Source: Prorocentrum cordatum (lineage: Eukaryota). From it: 64,000 nt of DNA. Each line of letters starts with the position of its first letter. The first letter of the stretch is position 1. The stretch is from assembly GCA_963575745.1 (NCBI GenBank), contig CAUYUJ010000095.1, forward strand, positions 1 through 64,000, in the 5' to 3' direction. Position numbers and translations under genes: made by a program. The notes under the pieces were generated by a model that was given only the letters and a program-made list of their open reading frames with translations, had not been told where the DNA came from and did not search any database. Positions 1-49,789 of the stretch are shown here, in pieces.

Positions 1-1240
1 GGTGAGGATATTTCGGTGGCAGTCTTAAGCCAGCGGGTGATGATATCTCGGGTGGCAGTTTTAAGCCAGCGGGTGAGAACATTTGGGTGGCAGTTTTAAG
101 CCAGCGGATGAGGATATTTCGGTGGCAGTCTTAAGCCAGCGGGTGAGGATATTTCGGTGGCAGTCTTAAGCCAGCGGGTGAGGATATCTCGGGTGGCAGT
201 TTTAAGCCAGCGGGTGAGATAATTTGGGTGGCAGTTTTAAGCCAGCGGGTGAGGATATTTCGGTGGCAGTCTTAAGCCAGCGGGTGAGGATATCTCGGGT
301 GGCAGTTTTAATCCAGCGGGTGGAGAATATTTGGGTGCTGTTTTAAGCCAGCGAGGTGAGGATATTTCGGTGGCAGTTTTAAGCAGGCGTGTGAGGATTA
401 TTTCGGTGGGCAGTCTTAAGCCAGGGGTGAGGATATCTCGGGTGGCAGTTTAAAGCCAGCGGGTGAGGAAAAATTTGGGGTGGCAGTAGTTTTAAGCAGC
501 GGTTGATGGATATTTCGGTGGCTTGTTTAAGCCCGCGGGTGCGGGTATTTCGGGTGCAGTTCTTAAGCCATCGGTGAGGATATCCCGGGGTGGCAGTAGT
601 TTTGAGCCAGCGGGTGAGAAAATTTGGGTGGCAGATTTTTAAGCCAGCGGGGTGAGGATATTTCGGTGGCAGTCTTAAGCCAGCGGGTGAGGATATTTCG
701 GTGGCAGTCTTAAGCCAGCGGGTGAGGATATCTCGGGTGGCAGTTTTAAGCCAGCGGGTGAGAAAATTTGGGTGGCAGTTTTAAGCCAGCGGGTGAGGAT
801 ATTTCGGTGGCAGTCTTAAGCCAGCGGGTGAGGATATCTCGGGTGGCAGTTTTAAGCCAGCGGGTGAGAAAATTTGGGTGGCAGTTTTAAGCTAGCGGGT
901 GAGGGTATTTCGGTGGCAGTCTTAAGCCAGCGGGTGAGGATATCTCGGGTGGCAGTTTTAAGCCAGCGGGTGAGAATATTTGGGTGGCAGTTTTAAGCCA
1001 GCGGGTGAGGATATTTGGGTGGCAGTTTTAAGCCCGCGGGTGAGGATATTTCGGTGGCAGTCTTAAGCCAGCGGGTGAGGATATCGCGGGTGGCAGTTTT
1101 AAGCCAGCGGGTGAGAATATTTGGGTGGCAGTTTTAAGCCAGCGGGTGAGGATATTTGGGTGGCAGTTTTAAGCCAGCGGGTGAGGATATTTCGGTGGCA
1201 GTCTTAAGCCAGCGGGTGAGGATATCGCGGGTGGCAGTGG
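1..1240. repeat. 35/36-bp tandem satellite, runs off the window start
   Basis: Unit GTGGCAGTYTTAAGCCAGCGGGTGA followed by one of three variants (GGATATTTCG, GGATATCTCGG, GAAAATTTGG); about 35 copies. Confidence 0.97.
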
Positions 1241-4200
1241 CGATTTTCCGCCAGGGACGGTGATGATATTTCGGGGCCAGTTGCGCAAGAGGGCACGCGC
1301 GCAGCCGCAGCCTGCCCGCAGCCGCACGCGCGCTCAAGCTCGCTTTTCCACTAGGGAACGCATCGCACTTCCTGCCACATCTTGGGCATCATGCCTGTGC
1401 GCAAAAAGCCGAGAGGACGACGAGGAGGAAGAAGGCGGAGGACGCGGACGGGATGAGGAGGCAGCAGAAGGGAGGAGGAGGAGGAGGAGGAGGAGGAGGA
1501 GGAGGAGGAAGAGGAGGAGGAGGAGGAGGAAGATGAGGAGGAGGAGGAGGAGGGAGGAGCCGAGAAGAGCTGTGCTCGGCGCGGGCATCCAGCCGCCACG
1601 CGATGCGTCATTCGCTTGGTTGGCCCAGCCGACGGCTACGCATCCAGCGCGGTGCTGCGCCCGTATATATGCTCGCCCCTTGGCTTGGGGCTGGCGGGGG
1701 GCCAAGGGGCGAGCTGTCCAGTCATTTCCCATATTTTCCTGAGAATCGACGATTAATTGTGTCTGTGTGTCTCTTTCCCTCCTGACCCTTTGCGCTGTCC
1801 TGTCCGAAGGGCTGCCTGGGGAACTCGCCTCGTCGTTGTAGCGCGCGCCACCTCGGCCTGGAGGTCGGCCAAAGTCGTCGTGAGGATGCGCCAATGGGAA
1901 AGGCTCCCGTTCGCGTTTTGGAAGGACCACGGTAGGTGGGGACTGGCACAGGGGGGCGTGCATCGACCTGGAATCGGCGATACATCGCCGATAGATTGGC
2001 GGTAGGCCTCCAGTCGCGAGTCCGCACCTTACTGGACAGGTTGGGACTATCGGGCCCGTGTCGGCGATCCATGGGCGATTGGGGGTCGATGCATCCCCCC
2101 CTGGGCCTACCCCCCCCTATCGTTGCCCCTGAGTTGTGCTCACCCGGGCACCGGCAGCAGACGGACTCGAGGTGCGCGCGGAGCAGGCTCGCTGTCCTCG
2201 GAGCTGCTCGCCCGGGCTCCTCCGCAGCGGGAACCCTGCTTGCCCGCCCCTCTCGGGCAGAGCACCCTCGAGCAGACGCGCTCGCACTCTGGGGTGCTCT
2301 GAAACGCCGCGCGGCGGCCAGCCGTCTCGGCAGCCTGCGCCCTGCTCTTCGAGCCAGGCGCGGACTCCTCAGGGCAGTCGCCCGCGAAGAAGGGCGCTGG
2401 CACCCGCTGCCCCGGGCTGGGCGCCACCACTCCGGCGAGGGCCTCCTCTCGACCATGGGGAGGCGGGGGGGAGGTGGCGAAGCAGTGAGACGGAGGAGAG
2501 CAGGCAATGCTTCGGGAGCTGTGCTCGCGGAGGCCGGAGGGGGCGGCGAGGCACCACTCGACGCCGAGGCTGCGCGGGGGCGCGCCCCGAAGCGTCGCAG
2601 TGAGTTTGGCAGAGCGGCCGCGCCTGCAGGAAGGGACTTGCCTTGTGATGCATCCTCGGGGGACCTTGTCTGCCCCGTCGCGGCCCGATCCGCGTCGAAT
2701 CCATGTCGGACTCGTCGGAGCCGTGTCGAATCCACGCCGAGTCCGCGTCGAATCCACGCCGAGTCCGCGTCGAGTCCGCATCGCGCCCGCGTCGGGCACA
2801 GGCAAAGGCACCAAGGTTGGGGGCAGGAGAGGCCCCCCGAAGATGCAGCGTGACCCAGTGAGGTCAGTCTGCGGAAGAAGGGCGGCCGTGATGAGCCTGC
2901 TTTCAACCACCACCACCATAAGTTGGAGGAGGAGGAGGAGACGGCGGAGGAGGCGGAGGCGGAGAAGGAGGCCGCGCCTCCAGAGCTGGGCTTCGCCTTG
3001 TGCACTGCCCAGGGGTGGTCGAATTCCAGGGGCGGTGCCGTGGATCTTCCGGGGCGGTGCGCATCATGCAAGAAGCATGGCGTCAACTGGGAAAGCTCGG
3101 CTTTCCGCTGGCCGCCGCCGACGGCGAGGGCAGGGCGGCGACATCTGTGCATGGCCACTGCTCCCTGGCAAGGCCCTTCCTGAAACCAGGAGCTGCGTGG
3201 CCAGGAGGGCGTATGCGCAGCTACTGGGCTCAGTCAGGCTGGGCCTGGCCAGGTGGCAGTGGACGTGTACAGATTCCGTCGCCCGAGAGGAGGCCACCGG
3301 CGTGCCAGGACATGGGCACGGGCGCGCGATTAGGGCCAGCGCCCGTCCCGCTTGCATTGCCCCCGCGACGCCCTCAGGGTCGTCGGCGAGGAACTCTGCG
3401 AAGGAGCGGCCGGCTGCTGCCGCGTCGATGCCCGGATGCGCCGCGAGCAGCATGTCCCACGCCAGTTGGATGTCAACGTTGGCGGCGGTCCGTGCTGCCA
3501 TCGAGCTTGCTTTGGCGGCGAGCAGGGAGGGGAAGCGAGGAGGCCGCGAGCCTCCTGAGAGGTTGTTCTTGTTGTATCTTCGGGGGGGCTCAAAAACTGC
3601 TCAGGAGGCCGGGAGGCTCGGAACCTTCCGAGAATACCTCATCCTTCCCGCTTCCCCCCCTCGCTCGCCGCCGACTGATGGGGGAGTGCAGCCCAGCGTG
3701 ACGCGACCGCCGCAAGGACGGCACGGCCCGAAGCGGAGCTGGTCGCTCTGGGCTCCCAAGACTACGTGGGCACTCCACGTCCAAATCTCCCGTCGGATCG
3801 GCCGCGGGCTCGGATCAGCGCCCCAGTCGGGAGGTTCTTGCTGTCCAGTGGCCGCTGCGGCTGCAGAGGAGGTCACGATCCTCCACGTAGCTTGGGGCTC
3901 TTGGCGAGCGCAGCAGCCCCGGCTGCGGCGACGGCAGGGGCCCCGAGAGGACGAAGCCTCCAGCGGGGACGCCCCCCACCAGGGGGGCGATGCTGCGGTC
4001 CGCCCCCGCATCCAGTGAAGCAACCGCAAAACTGCTGACTGAACCTGGGCAGGCAGCGGGAGCAGACACTGAGGAGAATGCTGGGCCCTAATAATCGGTG
4101 AAAATCGGCGGCAACAACCAGATCCTCCTCCTCCTCCTCCTTCTCCTCCTCCTCATCCTCCTCCTCCTCCTCCTCCTCCTGCTCCTCCTCCTTCTCCTCC

Positions 4201-5861
4201 TCCTCCTCCTCATCCTCCGCTTCCTCCCCCCACTCCTAGCCCTTTCGATCAGGGTCTGCGGCACCGGCCGTCAGGCCTCTCCAATAATCGGAGAAAAACG
4301 GCGGCAACAACCAGACACGAAAGGGTATCTGGACTTCTGCAACTGTCGACGTGCGTTTGGTGCCCTCGATGGTTCGACAACAATGCCGAGCTTGCTCGCG
4401 TCCTGCTGCTGCGCTGCGGCGCCGCATGGCAGCAGCTTCTGAATCAAACGCGTCGTGCCTCGCGCTGGAGGCAGCCTGAACTCCATGAGCTGATGCTGCA
4501 GCTGAGCGGGCCGCCGCCTGACAGAACGAAACAATGGCCGAGCCCACGCTGCCCAACAACCGAGACTGCATCGATGCTGCTGCAGCCTCGCAGCAGCCAA
4601 GATCCTGTGACGGCTGCTGAGGAGCCGCTACTACTGCTTGCGGTGGAGCAGGGACTCTCGTTTGCTGCGGAAGCGCGGGCATGTGTCCTGGAGGACCGAC
4701 AAGGGCGCTGCTGCGACGGGGAGGCGGGGAAGCCCATGCTCGGGCGGGGGAGCTGCTTCTGCATCTGCTGCCGCGGACGGCGGTGGTGGGTTAGGTCTGC
4801 TGACTCATCTTGGCGGATGGGTTGGCGCTGAATGCCGTGGCTAGGACGGGGACGTTCCACCAGCTCTGCCTGACGTGTATTGTTCGGGACGACGTCCTCC
4901 ATCTCGACATCCGCTTCCACGCTGTAGGTGCGGTTCCCAAGGTTTCATCCGCTCGAAGGGGGTTCCGTTGATGATCCGAAGAAGGTCGTGCTCGATTTCC
5001 ACGGCGAGAAGCTGGCTGGTCACAGTGAGGTCGCTGTCGCTGCCACCGTCGAGGCCGTCGCTCTCCACCGCTGCGCGAGTTGCTTCGATCCCGAGACTCG
5101 GCCGAAATTTTGTCGGTAGTCGACTCTTCCCCACCACCGTCACATTCAACTCGGTCGGCTGGTGCGGCGGAGCGAGTGGCTGCTGCCATGATGAGACAAG
5201 GGCGCGGACGAGAGCGCACTTCCACGCAAATGCAGCGAGGACCCATGATTACGGACCCTACAGGGCGATTGTGGCGAGCAGGAATTGGAAGCTGTAGCGC
5301 ATCCACGGACCAGAGGGGTGTATGCCTTTGCGCAGCCAGCAAAACATCTGATGCCAACATGGCGATGGAGAAAGTAAGGAAGAATGAGGAGCATGACGAC
5401 GGGGAGGAGGAGGAGCGGAAGGGTGACTGGGGAAATAATGAATATCATACAATCACATAAGACAGCGCCTCAAGCAGAGCCGAGAGGACGAATGACATCG
5501 GAACCGAAAAGGCCTGGAAATCCCAGATCCTGGACAATGCCCCCATCTCGAGACAACTCGCGATCGAGATGGGGCTTCACCCCTCCAGCGGACAGGCCTC
5601 GAAGCCCGCGGCCGGGGAGTGCGGCTAGCCGCCAGCGAGAGGAGGAGGACGGGGGTCAGAACAGCGACGAGGAGGATTAGGAGAAGGAGGGAGGAGCAGG
5701 AAGCCAGGGGGAGGGAGGAGACCCCTCGTTTGCGAGCGCTCGATGTTCCAGCGAGCCGTTCCAAAACTGCTTGAAAAAATTGACTGCGCACAGCAAGGTC
5801 CGCCTCTCTTGGGAAGACTGGGTAGGGCGTCCCGTGCGCTGCTTGAAGAGTTCCGATTCTG

Positions 5862-5902
5862 TGATGGGCCCATTGCCCACCACCACTACCATATGTAGGA
5901 GA

Positions 5903-5933
<31 letters not shown>

Positions 5934-6094
5934 GAGGAGGAGGAGGAGGAGGAGGAGGAGGAGGAGGAGGAGAAGGAGGAGGAGGAGGAGGAGGAGGAGG
6001 AGGAGGAGGAGGAGGAGGAGAGGAGGAGGACCTCCTCATCCTCCCTTCTCCCCTGACCGACATATGGTAGTGGTGGTGGGAAATTTGCCCATCA
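5862..6094. mobile_element. MITE family A copy
   Basis: TGATGGGC...CCACCACCACTACCATATGT and its inverse at the far end; (GGA)n interior; TSD TTCTG/TTCTA. Confidence 0.8.
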
Positions 6095-7013
6095 TTCTAT
6101 GGGAACTGACAACGCAATCCAGAGCACTTGAAACAAGTTGCGAGCTTCTACGGGGGAGGATATCCCGCGTGCTGCTGACCGCCTGGCATCGGGGGACCGA
6201 GTGAACACGCAAGGGCACAGTGCGAGGCAGGGATGCAGGAAGGAGATAGGGGGAGACAGTGATAGGCGAAGCAAAACCATACCATGTACACATTGTTGCC
6301 TGCAGCGCCCTGGGGAGTAAGCAGCAACACGCGGTGCGCGTGCTCGAGTCTAGGCCCTCTGGACGCACACCTGCAGGAGAGCCCGTAATCGGATCGACAA
6401 GTCGGATCGGAAATCGGCATGAATCGGATCGGCGGAAATCGGCAGCCGAGTCGAGAAAAGCCGAATCGGCGGAAATCGGCAGGCTAGTGTGCCTCCAATA
6501 AGGAAGTGGAACCCAAATCGGAATCCAAAATCGAATCGGAATCGGAATCGGAATCCATCGAAGTCGAATCAAATCGAACCGGAGGAATCGAAACGAGCCC
6601 TGCATCTGGCAAGACGTAGACCGAAGGGCGTCCGGAGAAAGCGGGCATCAGACTCGGAAGCTCTCCCTGGGACCTGGGTACCCGCTCTCCATCCAGATCC
6701 TGGGGGGCTCAGCGCGGATCCAAGAGATCTGGGCGGAGCGCCAAATGTGTGTTTATGTTTTTGTTTGTTCGCTCTTCGAACTAAGCCAGATGAGGCTGGA
6801 TTAAGTCCCATACTAAACCAGACCAGATGAAGCGGAGAGCAACCAGGACTAGGGACTAGGCAAGAACAGGCCGGATGTCTAATCATCAAGGATGCGCCAG
6901 CGCCAATTCAGAATTTTACCCCCCAGGAGTTGCATGTTTGCAATCTCGATCCGAAAGCGCCGCCAAACATCGACCCCCCCCCCTCCCGCAAGCCTCCGAC
7001 GCCGAGGGGATCT

Positions 7014-7221
7014 GGACGCCCGAAATGGGTACATAACGAATGGGTACAATGCCCAACAGCAGTTCCTGTTCATCTTGAACAGGATTCGCTGTCCACGCCG
7101 CCGCGGCCTGTGTCCATTCGAGACAGAAGGCCGCCTGCCCAACAGCGGCCGCTGTCGGTCTGGGACAACATTTGCTGTTGGGCATTGTACCCATTTGTTC
7201 CGTACCCATTTCCTGGGCATC
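7014..7221. mobile_element. Palindromic MITE family C
   Basis: Long TIR GGACGCCCGAAATGGGTAC...ATGGGTACAATGCCCAACAGC; a second copy in opposite orientation at 23196-23402. Confidence 0.8.
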
Positions 7222-9125
7222 GCTCGGACGTCCATTCCCTGTGTTTTTTTGTCGGTTTCGTGAGTTTTTTTTCGCCAAATGGTCACGGATGCTCCTCGAT
7301 GGTCCTCGCCGAGAAAAAGATGCACACGTCTGAGCGATGCCAGACGTCGTGGTGGCAACACCCCCCTCGGTGAGTTTGAGACCGATTTGGTGTCACCACT
7401 GGGCTTGGTGACTCGTGTGGTTTCCCAAGGATGTCCCGAACGCTGGTGGGTCCGAGAGTCACAAAACCCAGCGGTGACCCCGTGTTCCAAAACCCGGCGG
7501 CGACTTTTGGGGGATTCCGGGTCACCACCTGACCTCTCACCACCTGGTTTGGGGAATCCCAGAAAGGGCAAAGAGCTGAGCAAGCGAAGCGCGAACCGTG
7601 ACGCACGGCAAGCATGCACCCCGCGGATAGATGCCGCCAGCTGAACACATGGGGAGGCAGAGCGGCTGGACACAGGCCCCACTGGTCGCGAACACAGCGC
7701 GACGGGATGCTCTTGGTTTGCTGCCGACATTTTCGGCCCCAGAGCTGTCAGAAACCGGCAGCCAGGGCGAAGGACCAGCCCCCTCGAAGAAGTCGAACCC
7801 TCCAGGTTCCCCGCGCTGCGCACAGAACTGCGACGTCAGGTGTCCGAGAGACCCCGCGCTGGATACACGGCCAGCAAGCGGGCGGAAAATGGCACGTCAG
7901 CGTGAGGGTCAAACGGTGGAGGGGCATGCGGCCACATGTGCATATCCGCCCACGCCAGTCACGCCATGTGACGTGCACCCGGCTTGTTCAACACCCGAGG
8001 AGCCGGCGGAGCGCGAGCTCCGAGACGATATCTATGTACAGCGCCCCCAGCGCGCCAGCGCTGCCCAGCCACGTCGGGCGGTCCCCGCCGGAGCGGTGGT
8101 GGGAAGCGCCTGGACGGCCCGGCCCGCGTCGGTGCTCCCAGGGTCGCTGGACGCAACGAGCTCCCGCCCTGAGCCACCATCTCATGCTGCTGAATTCTGT
8201 AGCCGGCTCTCGACGATCGGCGAGAGACGCTTCCAAAAACGCATGCCCTGTGGGCAGTGCGCCTCGCCGCGCCCTTCCTATATAGCGACTTAAACAGTTC
8301 GGGCCAGGTCCCAGCCCCGGCCGTGGTGGCCGAGTGCTCGCAGTCGGGTGCCCGCAGTGGTGAGCGGACGCCCGTCGCTCAAACATAAAGCTGATCGCAG
8401 TAATGCGTTCAATGCGTCCCTAAAGGGTGCAAAAGCGGGGGGGGCTGAGCAGCAACGCTTGAACAGGTTGCAGACCAAATTCCTCGACAACCGATGGATC
8501 ACTTCGGAGGCAGCGCCGTCTGTCGGAGGAGCGCTGCAGCAAGAAGACCGAACACGTCGCCGCGTGCCGCTTAGGCCGCCACGGAGCTCTCTCTCCTTCG
8601 GAGGAAGCAAGAATAGTGCATACCTACGGGCGCACGCTGCGCGTACTCGCTGGGGAACCGCGTCGAAGACATGGACGATCATAGCCCCTGGATGCAGTCG
8701 TCGTGCTGCCACGGAACACCACAAGAGGAACGAAGAGGCTCCCCTGGCCACGGCGATCGTCGGCCACGAATAGGTTCCCCGACCTCAGCCCTAATCCCTA
8801 AACCTAAGGAGCGGCCCCAGAAAACAGAGCCCCTCCCGAGCCAACAATGGCCCGTATTCCACGGTCTTGACTGCTTGTGAATCCGCTCCCGCACTTGGGC
8901 TCTCCGGTCCTGGTGGTCCACGTTGTCTCATTCGGCGTTTCGGCACCGGGCGGAAGGGGGGGAGAGGGGGGGGTTCTGGCTGCGAACCTCTGCTCAACGA
9001 GACTGTTCGCAGCAGTGCGTCCTATGGGGGAGACTCCGCCTGCTTGAGAACAAGAGCCCCGAACCGCCAAGATCTACTCCATGGGGGGGAGTGCGAGGGC
9101 CCGCGCCGATCGGCAAAACGCTGAA

Positions 9126-45184
<36,059 letters not shown>

Positions 45185-45728
45185 CTCTGGGGGCACAGGA
45201 CCGCCGGAGCAGAGGCGGGTCGTCGTCGTCGTCGTTGTCGTCGCCGCCGTCGCCGTCGTCGTCATCGCCGTCGTCGTCGTCGTCGTCGAGCACGCTCTCG
45301 TCCTTGTCGTCGCCGTCGTCGTCCTGCACCTGCTCCATCTCGTCCTGCTCCCGAGGCGCAAGGGCTGGCGGCGCCTCCGGGGGCGCTGGGCCGCCCTGGC
45401 CGAGGCCAGCCAGCAGGCTTGAAGCCCCCGCGCGACCGAGGAAGGAGTGGCCACCTGTGAACCGCGCGTATACGTCCTGGAACTTTTGCTCAGCGTGTCC
45501 CCGCGGCGGCCCCAGCGACACGATTTGCCTTGCGAGCTGATGGCGTGTCGCTAAGCTCCGCGGGGCGGGAGGCTCAAAAAAGGCTCGGGACATGGCTGGG
45601 GGGACGGGGGGGGGTAGCATGTCGCACCGAGGCGTGGTGGGCCAGAACATGCGGAGCGACACGCAGTCCCAAAGTTGCCAACCGTATACGCTAAGGTCAG
45701 AGTGAGGGGGGCTGAACCGAACGGTAAT

Positions 45729-47798
45729 TCACTGTCCCTGGGTGCGTGGCTGAAGTGGAATTCCGCGATGCGGATTATTGTTGTTGTTGTTGTTGTTGCT
45801 GTTGTTGTTGTTGTTGTTGTTGTTATTGTTGTTGTTATTGTTGTTGTTGTTTTGTTTGTTTGTTGTTTGTTTATGATTTTGGTTGTTTGTTTGTTTGTTG
45901 TTGTTGGTGTTGTTGTTGCTGTTGGTGCCGTTGCTGTTGTTGTTGTTGCTGTTGCTGTTGTTGTTGGTGTTGTTGTTGTTGTTGTTGTTGTGTATTGTTT
46001 GTTGTTTGTTGTCTGTTGTTGTTGCTGTTGTTTTTGGTTGTTGTGTGTTATTTGTTGTTGGTTGTTTGTCGTTTGTTGTTTGTTGTTTGTTGATTGTTGT
46101 TGTCGTCGTCCCACCCGCGACCCACCCCGCGATCCACCCGCGACCCACCCCGCAACCCGCCCTGCGAACCACCCGCGACCCACCCGCGGCCCACCCGCGA
46201 CCCACCCGCGACCCACCCGCGACCCGCCCGCGACCCGGCCCGCGACCCACCCGCGACCCACCGTCGACCCACCGTCGACCCACCTGCGTCCCAACCCGTG
46301 ACCCACCCACATTTGTTTTAAGAATAAAATCGGTGCCTGCGGCGGGCTCGTTGTATAAATTGAAAATTCTGCGCCTGCGGCGGGCTTCTTCAGAGCCTCG
46401 CAGGCTGCCGACGTGCCCGCCGCCCCCTCACTGTTATCCGCAACTGTGGGGTGCTACGTATCTAGGCCCTGTCCTACGGGGCTTCGCAAAGACAAAACAC
46501 GGGACAGCGTATAGTGACTAATGGTCCGGCCAGTTCTGCGGGCGGCAGCGTTGAAACAAAGACGCAGCACCCCGCAGTTGCGGATAAGAGTGAGGGGGCG
46601 CCCGGGCGTCGGCAGCCTGCGAGGCTCTGAAGAAGCCCGCCGCGGGCGTCGCGGGTGGGCCGCGTCGCGGGTGGGCCGCGGGTGGGTCGCGGGCTGCGCC
46701 GCGGGGGGGGCGCGGGCGGGTCGCGGGGTGGGTCACGGGTGGGTCGCGGGTGGGTCGCGGGTGGGTCGCGGGCCGGGTCGCGGGTGGGTGTCGGGTGGGT
46801 CGCGGGGGGAGCGACGATAACAAACAACAAACAACAAAGAACAAAGAACAAACAACAACAACCAACAACCAACAACCAACAACCACCAACAACAGCACCA
46901 ACAACAGTACCGACAAAAACGGCAACACAAAAACAACTGCTGCAGCAACAGCAACAGCAACAGTAACAGCAATAACAACATCAACCACGATATCAACAGC
47001 TGCACTAACAACACCATCACCACCACCAACAACAACAACAGCAACAGCAACAACATGAAAACCAACAACCATACCACCAACAACAGCAGCACCAACACCA
47101 ACACCAACACCAACACCAACAACATCAACAACCACAACACTAACACCTGCAACAATCATTCTAAGACTATTCGCTCTTATCAACTCGCGTGCCATTGAAC
47201 ACGTGTATCCAAGACCCTCGGTACCCGCCCTCTTCGTCTTCGATCGTACCCCCTTAGGGGGTATATCTTTCTTACCTGCTAAGTGTATTTCGTGCTGCCC
47301 CTAAGGCCGGGGAAATGAGGACGGATGGAAGGAATGGGGAAGGGGGAGGGAGCAGGATGGATCACGAGAGAGAGTATCAGGAGGGGGGCTAGGAGCAGAA
47401 AACACGTGCGATTCCAACATGAATCGCAAGACATCCACAGCGAGAGCATGATTCATGAGTGTCGAGGGCGCGGCGCATAAATAAATTGTAAGGACGCCCC
47501 ACGCGATAGCGCGATTCCTGGTAAACGGTGAGTGAATCCCGCGCGAGAGCGCGATATGTGAATACATCGTGTGGAAGGATGACGCGGGAGCCGCTTTTAT
47601 TGTAAACCGGGGGCCAGGGGCCCAGTTTGGTGACACCTCATTACCCCTCGTAAAAAACTGGGTGCGAGTCCCAGGAGAAGCACTTCCATTCCAAAAACCA
47701 ATGGTTACCGTGCGGGGGGGATCAACCACACTGATTCGAACTGAGAATTCAATCCGCACCGCAAAACCTCACTTCAGCCACGCGCCCAGGGACAATGA
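45729..47798. mobile_element. TIR element containing a foldback structure
   Basis: Outer TIRs at 45729-45776 and 47751-47798; inner inverted arms at about 45777-46455 and 46566-47155. Confidence 0.75.
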
Positions 47799-49789
47799 CA
47801 TTGGACTGGGGGGGGGGGGGGAGGGGGGAGGGTTTGGCTCCGGACCTCTGCTTCGTGCGACTGTTTGCAATAGCGCCTCCTATGGGGGAGTTCCCACCTG
47901 ATCGAAGCAAAACAGCCAGGTTCTACTCTGCAAAGGGGGGGTAGGGGGGGGGGGGGCGAGGAGAAAACCATCACCATTCGGCCCCCCTCACTCTGATATA
48001 CAACGTGTTTGGGTCGCCATTGGCCACGACGTGGTGGACAAAAAAACATCAGACAGTGGGCCTGTTCCTGGCCCTTGAGCACCACCGCCCCGGGGCTGCC
48101 CGCCCAGCAGCCGCCCAGCTGCGCCCACGAAGGCGATCCTGGAGGAGCAAGGAGCACGGCATAGAAGCACAATGTTTGCGTCGGGGGCCAGGCAGAGCAA
48201 CTGGGCTTGCGGAAGAGCAGTATAAACGGGGACGCCGTCTAGCGAGCGGTGCCACAATGCAGGAAAGTGGGAGAGGACAAGGGGGGGGCGGCCGCAGGAA
48301 AGGAGGGGAAACGGCATGTAACACAACTTCTCCGAGGTCTGGGCGGGCTCTTCGAATCGGCGCTGGACCCCCTGTCCCCGGCGCGCGGAGCGCGTCAGTG
48401 GCGGCGCCGGACTGGAGACGCCGCTTGGGGGGGGGGGGGGCAGGCGCCGATCCAAGAAAGTCGCGCGGACCGCCGACAAGCCGTGTGTGTGCGCGCCGCT
48501 GCTTGGTCATCCGAGGTCCCCGCGGCGGCGCTGCACGCGGACACCGCAACCGCAACAAGGGCTGGCAGGACCCCGGACGTCATCGCGGGGCCTCCCGGGG
48601 GGCGGGGCGGCCGCCGGGCCGAGGTCCCCCCCCCCCTGCTGGGTCTCGGTCCGCACTGGCTGCGGACGGGGGGGGGGGGGACGCGGAGGCAGAGGCGGGC
48701 GCACCCGCGGAGGCTCCCGGCGCCGGCAGGGCGTCGGCTGGGGGCCGCAGGAGGAGCAGCCGGGGGGCGGTGGAGGGGGAGGGCAGGGGGAGGAAGGAGG
48801 GCGGAGCAAGCGGACAAGGGAGAAATGGGAAACGGAGGAGGAGGAGGAGGAGGAGGAGGAGGAGGAGGAGGAGGAGGAAAACCACACGGGCGGCGAAGGC
48901 GAGGGACACAACAACGAGAACAAGGAACAGCATCCGCTGACACCCGCTTGCCGGGTGCGAATACGCGTGTGAAGTATTTGGCTGTTCCGCTCCTCCTTTA
49001 CCCCTCTCCTGGGGTTCAATATGACGTTTGAGGGGGGGGAGACGCGAGCTCATCAACGCAACCCTGGGGCCTCCAGAAGCCTCCAAACAGCCCGCTGCCA
49101 TTGCCGTCGACAGCGCACTGTGTCCAGAGGCACTTCGGCTCTCTATGCATCGCTTTCAAAAAGAGGGCGCAAGCGTTTTAGACAAGCTTCGCGAGCTCGC
49201 TGACACGCCCGCGAGCGACGCGCATGGCATGGAAGGTCATGGCACAAGCCCCGGTACGCCGCCATGTCTCCAAGTATTCAGCCGACAAGCAGGAGGATGG
49301 AACAAACTCCGAAGATGCGCTCTCTGAGAAAGAGTGTCTCGAAATCTGTTGGCCATGGCCAGGGCAGGAGCAAGCTGATAGTTTGACCTTCGAAGTTGTC
49401 CAACAACGCATCCAAGAACCCATTCCAAGCATTGCTGGCCAACCAAGCAATGTTCTGCAGCAGCTGTGTTCTTGCTTTCCGCCGTGCAACTATGTTCCAT
49501 ATCGACGACACCTGTCAAAATTCAACGCCTTGGGTTTTCTTTCGCGCTTTTGGAGATCTCGCCCCGCCGCCCCGCGACAGACAGCATTGCGGATGGTGTC
49601 GGAAGTTGTTCGGCTGGCCATCAAGTCTACTTTAGCACAAACAACAATCCCACCAGCCCTCTGGGCGTAGGTGGTGTAGGGAGGTTCCTCTTCCAACCCC
49701 CGTCTTCCCCTTCGGGGATGGGGTTACTCCTTCTCCTACCCCCTCCCCTGGATCTGGACGGGGGTGGTCGCGAGGGGGTGGAGCGTCTA

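Noticed and set aside
1..1240. CRISPR-like regular repeats
   Set aside because: There are no unique spacers; the variable part is three recurring ~10-bp variants. No cas genes, and the context is eukaryotic.
8348..8773. 141-aa plus-strand ORF
   Set aside because: No recognisable motif or splice context, so it cannot be supported as a gene.
8789..8808. Telomere-like CCCTAATCCCTAAACCTAA
   Set aside because: Only about three imperfect units; too short to call an interstitial telomere.
45551..47195. Poly-Val, Cys, Asn or Thr ORFs resembling membrane or mucin proteins
   Set aside because: They are translations of the (GTT)n/(CAA)n arms of the foldback element.
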